The notes beneath the pieces were generated by a model. The model saw only the letters and a program-made list of their open reading frames with translations. It ran no database searches and was not told the origin of the DNA. The translations under genes were made by a program, and so were the position numbers. DNA of 13,231 nt, taken from positions 1-13,231 of the IMG/VR virus record IMGVR_UViG_638341085_000008. The stretch is one strand, 5' to 3'. How positions within the stretch are numbered: the stretch's first letter is position 1; every line of letters starts with the position of its first letter. Source of the stretch: a virus (Duplodnaviria; Heunggongvirae; Uroviricota; Caudoviricetes). Shown here in pieces: positions 8,212-13,231 of this stretch.

Positions 8212-8212
8212 C

Positions 8213-8560
8213 ATGAAAACGACCTCAGTATTCTGGCAACCGGCTCTGCAGGCTCCCGGCGAAATCGTCCGGGGGCTGGATGATATCCAGCAGTCCATCC
8301 AGATCATCCTGCGGACTCCCCGCGGCAGCGACCCGCATCGCCCAGAGTTCGGCAGCAATCTGCACCTTTATATCGACTGGCCTGTCGACCGGGCCATTCC
8401 GCATGTGGTTCGCGAATCCGTCGATGCCATCAGGCGCTGGGAACCCCGCTGCCAGCTTATGTCGGTTAAACCCGCCGTCGACGGCGAACATCTTACGCTC
8501 CGGGTGAGCTGGAAAGGCTCAGACGGACAACCCCGTACTCAGGAACTGCTATGGCGCTGA
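8213..8560 (+). CDS. gpW-like baseplate wedge protein (gp25 family)
   Basis: 115-aa ORF, size and position match P2 gpW / Mu gp46; overlaps next gene by 10 nt. Confidence 0.8.
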   Translation: MKTTSVFWQPALQAPGEIVRGLDDIQQSIQIILRTPRGSDPHRPEFGSNLHLYIDWPVDRAIPHVVRESVDAIRRWEPRCQLMSVKPAVDGEHLTLRVSWKGSDGQPRTQELLWR

Positions 8561-9654
8561 CAGAACCCGATTTTATTGAACTCGATGCCGATAAAATCAC
8601 GGCAGAAATGATTGCGAAATATGAAGCGGATACCGGCAAAACGTTGTACCCGGCACAGGCAGAACGTCTGCTGATAGATCTGTGGGCCTATCGCGAAATG
8701 CTGGTCAGGGTGGCGGTACAGGAGGCGGCGAAGCTGAATCTGGTCGCCTTTTCCCGGGAGCCGATGATTGATTACCTCGGAGAACTGGTTGGTGTATACC
8801 GCCTTCCCGCGCAGCCTGCCACCACCACACTTCAGTTCTCTGTGGATGAGGCACTGGCCATTGATGTGCTGATCCCGGCAGGCACCCGCGTCAGCGCTTC
8901 CGACAGCGTGATTTTTGCCACCGATACAGATGTAGTGCTGAAGGCCGGTTTGCAACTGGTCAATGCCCCTGCCACCTGTACTGAGCCGGGTACCTCTGGC
9001 AACGGCTGGCAACCGGCTCAGGTCAGTCAGCTGCTTGATGAGATTGATAACGTTGACCTGCTGGTGACCAATCTGACGGCCAGCACTGGCGGTTCAGAGC
9101 AGGAAGACAATGACCGACTCCGGGAGCGTATCAGGCTGGCCCCGGAGTCATTCACCAATGCCGGAAGCCGTGGTGCATACCGTTTTCATGCCATGGGGGC
9201 GCATCCCAGTATTGTCGACGTCGCTGTTCTTTCTCCCGTTCCCGGTACTGTCGAGCTGTATCCACTGCTCAGCACTGGTCTGCCAGACAGCAGTATCCTC
9301 ACTCTGGTAGAGAGTTTCTGTTCTGACGAAAAAGTCAGACCACTCACTGATACCGTGCGGGCTAAAACACCTGTTCAGGTGGATTACACCATTGAAGCCA
9401 GGATTACGATCTATCGTGATCAGGATGCAATGTCGGTAAAGGACAACGCTAACAGCGCCATACAGAACTGGGTGGCATCACGTGCCGCCACGCTGGGACG
9501 CGATATTGTCCCCAGCCAGATTATCAGTGCATTGTCCGTTTCCGGGGGGTACCAGGTTGAACTGGTGACACCGGCACTGCGGGTGGTTGCAGAAAACGAA
9601 TGGGCAAACTGTACGGCAATCACTCTTAACGTGACAGGGGTGTCCGATGGCTGA
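8551..9654 (+). CDS. gpJ-like baseplate protein
   Basis: 367-aa ORF following gpW in the conserved W-J-I order; start overlaps gpW stop, stop overlaps gpI start. Confidence 0.8.
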   Translation: MALTEPDFIELDADKITAEMIAKYEADTGKTLYPAQAERLLIDLWAYREMLVRVAVQEAAKLNLVAFSREPMIDYLGELVGVYRLPAQPATTTLQFSVDEALAIDVLIPAGTRVSASDSVIFATDTDVVLKAGLQLVNAPATCTEPGTSGNGWQPAQVSQLLDEIDNVDLLVTNLTASTGGSEQEDNDRLRERIRLAPESFTNAGSRGAYRFHAMGAHPSIVDVAVLSPVPGTVELYPLLSTGLPDSSILTLVESFCSDEKVRPLTDTVRAKTPVQVDYTIEARITIYRDQDAMSVKDNANSAIQNWVASRAATLGRDIVPSQIISALSVSGGYQVELVTPALRVVAENEWANCTAITLNVTGVSDG

Positions 9655-10225
9655 GGCGCTACGACTACCGCCACCGCTTGAGGGTGATATCAGTCTCAAA
9701 ACGCTGGGAAGACTGGCCGAACGGCTGGATAACATCGACCTGAGCGTACTGATGGTCTGTCTCGTCGATATCGTCGACAGTTCCGCGCTGCCATGGCTGG
9801 GCGAGCAGTTCTCGTTGTTCGGCGATGGCTGGGAACTGGCGGAATCGGACGATGTACGCCGCATGCTTATCAAATCCGCTATCGAGCTACACCGCTATAA
9901 AGGAACGCCGTGGTCAATCCGGGAAATTATCCGCCGTTTTGGCTTTGGCGAAGTAGAGCTGATAGAAGGTACGGGGCAGATCGGCTACGACGGTAAACAC
10001 AGTTACAACGGACTTTTCGTCCATGGCGATGCACAAGCCTGGGCAGTCTATCGGGTCATCCTTCAACAGCCCATCACTAATGATCAGGCAGCGCTGTTAC
10101 GTCAGACGCTCGCTGCCTTTGCTCCGGCTCGCTGCCATCTGGCAAGCCTGGAATATCAGTCTGTCGCCATTCGATACAACAGTACTACCCGTTATGACGG
10201 TAGTTACAACCACGGGAGCAGTTAA
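9647..10225 (+). CDS. gpI-like baseplate protein
   Basis: 192-aa ORF in the conserved W-J-I position, immediately before the tail fibre gene. Confidence 0.75.
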   Translation: MAEALRLPPPLEGDISLKTLGRLAERLDNIDLSVLMVCLVDIVDSSALPWLGEQFSLFGDGWELAESDDVRRMLIKSAIELHRYKGTPWSIREIIRRFGFGEVELIEGTGQIGYDGKHSYNGLFVHGDAQAWAVYRVILQQPITNDQAALLRQTLAAFAPARCHLASLEYQSVAIRYNSTTRYDGSYNHGSS

Positions 10226-10227
10226 TT

Positions 10228-11172
10228 ATGGCAAATCTACCTGAAACCCCACAGTGGGAAGACGGCATCTACCAGATTGAGGTCTCTGACCCCGTTCTGG
10301 GCGGGCCTGACGGAATTTCTAACCGTCAGGGTAAACAACTGGCCAGCCGCACGCTGTACCTGAAGCAACAGGTTGAAAAAGGCGGGGCTGACCTTGCGAA
10401 ACACATCGCGGCAGCAGACCCGCATGCCCAGTATGCACCGAAAGCCAGTCCGGCATTCACCGGCACACCAACAGCACCTACACCTGCAAATGGCGATAAC
10501 AGCAAAAAGCTGGCGACGACGGAGTTTGTGGCCAAAGCACTTGCGGCGCTTGCAGGCAGCGCCCCTGAGACACTGGATACGCTTAAAGAGCTGGCTGACG
10601 CTCTCGGTAATGATCCAAACTTTGCGACTACGGTACTGAACAAGCTGGCGGAAAAGCTGGCTAAAGACCAGAACGGCGCAGATATTCCTGATCCTGCGCT
10701 GTTTGTCAAAAACCTTGGTTTGGGAGAAGGTACTCCAGCTATTGGCGTTCCGTTCTTCTGGCCCTCCGCGGCAATGCCAAATACTGTAATCGACAGCTGG
10801 TCCAGTATGGTGTTTTTGAAGTTCAACGGGGCGAAATTTTCTGCCACTGATTACCCTGTGCTGGCGAAAGTGTTTCCTTCGCTGGTATTACCTGAAGCCC
10901 GCGGTGATTTCATTCGTATCTGGGATGACGGGCGAGGTGTAGACGGTGGTCGCGAATTATTAAGCTGGCAGGCAGCTACAAACTTTTCTCAGTTTGCCGG
11001 GAATATAGGCGATGGTGCGGGCCACGCAATTAATTTTCATGATGGTATCGCCGGAAATCAGCCAGGATTTTCACGATTTAATTTCACCAGTAACTCTGTG
11101 GGTGATGGTGTGAATTTTGTTGCCGTCAGACCGCGAAATATTGCATTTAACTTTCTGGTGAGGGCTAAATGA
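10228..11172 (+). CDS. tail fibre protein: constant N-terminal part plus currently expressed variable C-terminal part (Sv)
   Basis: 314-aa ORF; GGGAG 10214-10218; N-terminus with QWEDGIYQIE motif typical of P2 H / Mu S fibres; a recombination site lies inside the gene at 10703-10728. Confidence 0.85.
   Translation: MANLPETPQWEDGIYQIEVSDPVLGGPDGISNRQGKQLASRTLYLKQQVEKGGADLAKHIAAADPHAQYAPKASPAFTGTPTAPTPANGDNSKKLATTEFVAKALAALAGSAPETLDTLKELADALGNDPNFATTVLNKLAEKLAKDQNGADIPDPALFVKNLGLGEGTPAIGVPFFWPSAAMPNTVIDSWSSMVFLKFNGAKFSATDYPVLAKVFPSLVLPEARGDFIRIWDDGRGVDGGRELLSWQAATNFSQFAGNIGDGAGHAINFHDGIAGNQPGFSRFNFTSNSVGDGVNFVAVRPRNIAFNFLVRAK
10703..10728. other. left recombination (crossover) site of the invertible segment, hix/gix-like
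   Basis: TTGTCAAAAACC-TT-GGTTTGGGAGAA matches the 26-bp TTnTCnnAAACC-nn-GGTTTnnGAnAA pattern; 10715-10729 is an exact inverted copy of 12542-12556. Confidence 0.6.
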
Positions 11173-11765
11173 TGACCCCAATTTTTGATGAAAATGGACT
11201 GGCTACAGTGCCGGGCGATATGCGTTGTTTTTATTATGATGCAGTAACGTATGAATATACGGGCTGGTCTGATGAATATATTAATACTGGTGTAAGTATG
11301 CCCGCCTGTTCCACTGGTATTGACCCGGGCGAAAACATTCCGGGAAAAGTGGCAGTATTTACGGGTAAGGGATGGAGCCATGAAGAAGACCATCGCAATG
11401 AGACTGTTTACTCAACAGAAAATGGTGCAACTGTTACAGTGGATTATATCGGTGCCATCAAAGACGGTTATGTCACGCTTTCACCGTTAACGCCATACGA
11501 TAAATGGGATGGTGAGAAATGGGTGACAGATTCTGAGGCACAACACGGTGCCGCAGTAGAAGCGGCAGAAGCACAGCGCCAGTCACTTATTGATGCAGCA
11601 ATGGCTTCCATTAGTCTGATTCAGCTGAAATTACGGGCCGGGCGGAAGCTGATGCAGGCAGAGACCTCCCGACTTAACACTGTGCTGGATTACATTGACG
11701 CGGTGACGGCAACAGATACCAGCACCGCGCCGGATGTCATCTGGCCTGAACTGCCGGAGGAGTAG
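11169..11765 (+). CDS. tail fibre assembly protein (Tfa; P2 gpG / Mu U-like), currently expressed orientation
   Basis: 198-aa ORF overlapping the fibre stop; C-terminal motif LDYIDAV...DTSTAPDVIWP shared with the inverted paralogue. Confidence 0.8.
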   Translation: MMTPIFDENGLATVPGDMRCFYYDAVTYEYTGWSDEYINTGVSMPACSTGIDPGENIPGKVAVFTGKGWSHEEDHRNETVYSTENGATVTVDYIGAIKDGYVTLSPLTPYDKWDGEKWVTDSEAQHGAAVEAAEAQRQSLIDAAMASISLIQLKLRAGRKLMQAETSRLNTVLDYIDAVTATDTSTAPDVIWPELPEE

Positions 11766-12177
11766 GCCATTCAATATCTGGCGCACTGGAAGTATCGACC
11801 AGCTCCAGTGCGTCCAGATAATCCAGCCACAAATTATATTGCGCCAGTTCCTCACCTTTCAGACGACCAATAGCCGCTTTACCAGCCCATTGTTTACTGT
11901 TCATATAATCGTTGGCCTGATTAATCAATTGCTGCTTTTTCAGTTCGGCTGCAGCAATCTGTTCCTCATGTGTTGGTGGTGGAATTTCAGACCATGCAGG
12001 AAAACCATTTTCTCCAGCGATACGGATTTTTCCTTTCGGCGGTAATCCGGAAAACTCAATATACACTTGCTCATCAACTTCAACAGCATCATCTGGCCAT
12101 GAGTCAGCTTGCGTGTAATCCTCTTTCATCTCCAAGGGATAGAAAGAGTTTGTAGTCGCGGAATATATGTAATTCAT
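11737..12177 (-). CDS. alternative tail fibre assembly protein (Tfa'), inverted orientation
   Basis: 146-aa ORF on the minus strand with GGAG upstream of ATG 12177; C-terminus LDYLDALELVDTSSAPDIEWP resembles Tfa. Confidence 0.75.
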   Translation of the reverse strand: MNYIYSATTNSFYPLEMKEDYTQADSWPDDAVEVDEQVYIEFSGLPPKGKIRIAGENGFPAWSEIPPPTHEEQIAAAELKKQQLINQANDYMNSKQWAGKAAIGRLKGEELAQYNLWLDYLDALELVDTSSAPDIEWPTPPAVQAR

Positions 12178-12203
12178 TTTTCACTCCATAAAGTTAAAAG
12201 AAA

Positions 12204-12554
12204 TTAACACCCTAATGCGAAAAATGAAGCACCGATACCGGGTACGCCTGCTCTGGAAATAAATTTCACCGGGTCCTGGTTATAACCGGCACAAGCTATA
12301 TAGCCAACATTTGCACTGCCGGGAGTGTAATCCTGAGTTGCAAATACCCGCAGACATCTATTCGGAAATGCAATCGGAAAATAGGTTACTGTGTCCTGAG
12401 ACGTCAGCGAAACATCAATTGGCCCCCATTGAATAATTAAACCGGATGGCAATTTTTGATATCCAGTACCTGAAACAGAAAGCGTGAAGCTACCCATATC
12501 AGGTATCTGATTCGTCCCTGTCCCCACATTCCTTTTTGCCGCTTCTCCCAAACC
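12204..12554 (-). CDS. alternative tail fibre C-terminal segment (Sv'), promoterless and start-less until inversion
   Basis: Minus-strand frame is open from the right crossover site to stop at 12204-12206; after inversion it fuses in frame to the fibre constant part (...[16 protein letters not shown]...); the ORF-track start is a TTG inside the crossover site. Confidence 0.65.
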   Translation of the reverse strand, partial: GLGEAAKRNVGTGTNQIPDMGSFTLSVSGTGYQKLPSGLIIQWGPIDVSLTSQDTVTYFPIAFPNRCLRVFATQDYTPGSANVGYIACAGYNQDPVKFISRAGVPGIGASFFALGC

Positions 12555-12568
12555 AACGTTTTCGTCTT
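12543..12568. other. right recombination (crossover) site of the invertible segment
   Basis: TTCTCCCAAACC-AA-CGTTTTCGTCTT; inner half identical as inverted repeat to the left site, outer half degenerate; 55 nt upstream of the invertase start. Confidence 0.6.
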
Positions 12569-12622
12569 AACTCCCACCTATACCAGCTATGTATTTTTAA
12601 CAAAACAAAGAGGATATTTTTC

Positions 12623-13195
12623 ATGCAAATTGGCTACATTCGTGTGTCAACAAATGACCAGAATACAGATTTACAACGAAACGCACTGAACTGCGCAGGA
12701 TGTGAACTGATTTTTGAGGATAAAATCAGCGGAACAAAGTCAGCCCGACCGGGATTGAAAAAGCTGCTCAGAACGTTATCAGAAGGAGATACGCTCGTTG
12801 TCTGGAAGCTGGATAGGCTGGGCAGAAGCATGAAACACCTTATCACTCTTATTGAGGAACTGCGGGGAAAAGGGGGTAATTTCCGTAGTCTTACAGACAG
12901 CATTGATACGTCAACACCCATGGGACGTTTCTTTTTTCACGTCATGGGGGCTTTAGCGGAAATGGAGCGCGAATTAATAGTTGAACGAACACTGGCCGGA
13001 CTTGAGGCAGCACGTGCACAGGGGCGTATTGGCGGACGCCGTCCGAAACTGACAAAAGAGCAACATGAACAAATAGCAAGGCTGATCAAAAATGGCTATA
13101 GCAGGAAACAGTTGGCAATTATTTACGATATCGGTATATCGACGATTTATCGTTATCACCCTGTAGAGGAACTCCAAACTCAAGCTAAGTTGTAA
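12623..13195 (+). CDS. serine DNA invertase, Gin/Pin/Cin/Hin family
   Basis: 190-aa ORF from ATG 12623 (GAGGAT RBS 12609-12614); N-terminal resolvase motif GYIRVSTNDQ with catalytic Ser, C-terminal helix-turn-helix; the 12536 ORF-track start runs through the crossover site and has no RBS. Confidence 0.9.
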   Translation: MQIGYIRVSTNDQNTDLQRNALNCAGCELIFEDKISGTKSARPGLKKLLRTLSEGDTLVVWKLDRLGRSMKHLITLIEELRGKGGNFRSLTDSIDTSTPMGRFFFHVMGALAEMERELIVERTLAGLEAARAQGRIGGRRPKLTKEQHEQIARLIKNGYSRKQLAIIYDIGISTIYRYHPVEELQTQAKL

Positions 13196-13231
13196 TTCTT
13201 TTTCAGATATTGAAATGCCGCAGCGATGTAA

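Larger units (their letters stand above)
10717..12554. other. invertible DNA segment (about 1.84 kb) carrying Sv, tfa, tfa' and Sv'
   Basis: Bounded by inverted crossover sites; holds two divergent fibre-tip plus assembly-gene pairs in opposite orientation; serine invertase gene immediately adjacent. Confidence 0.6.

Noticed and set aside
11734-12155. Plus-strand ORFs of 103 and 61 aa inside the invertible segment
   Set aside because: Antisense to tfa', no RBS, low-complexity translations; they remain antisense after inversion too.
12536-12622. Upstream extension of the invertase ORF
   Set aside because: The extension reads through the right crossover site and has no RBS, whereas ATG 12623 has a well-spaced GAGGAT and gives the expected family N-terminus.

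Overview
This window is a Mu-/P2-like contractile-tail prophage late operon on the + strand, interrupted by a low-GC cargo island. Gene order: tail assembly chaperone with overlapping shifted-frame extension (gpE/E'-like), tape measure protein, gpU-like protein with a long C-terminal extension, gpX-like, gpD-like, gpV-like spike, then the island (5849-8212), then gpW-, gpJ-, gpI-like baseplate proteins, a tail fibre, a tail fibre assembly gene, and a Gin/Pin/Cin/Hin-family DNA invertase. The island carries one gene with a restriction-endonuclease-like D-x10-E-x-K signature and no function I can assign; it is split by an intact IS2 (1331 bp, 5-bp target duplication TCGAT) and can be rebuilt in silico into a 292-aa ORF. 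The tail fibre C-terminus, its assembly gene and an inverted alternative pair lie in a ~1.84-kb segment bounded by inverted hix/gix-like 26-bp sites, consistent with an invertase-driven host-range switch. All protein assignments rest on my recognition of sequence and gene order, not on searches; no rRNA, tRNA or CRISPR array was seen.
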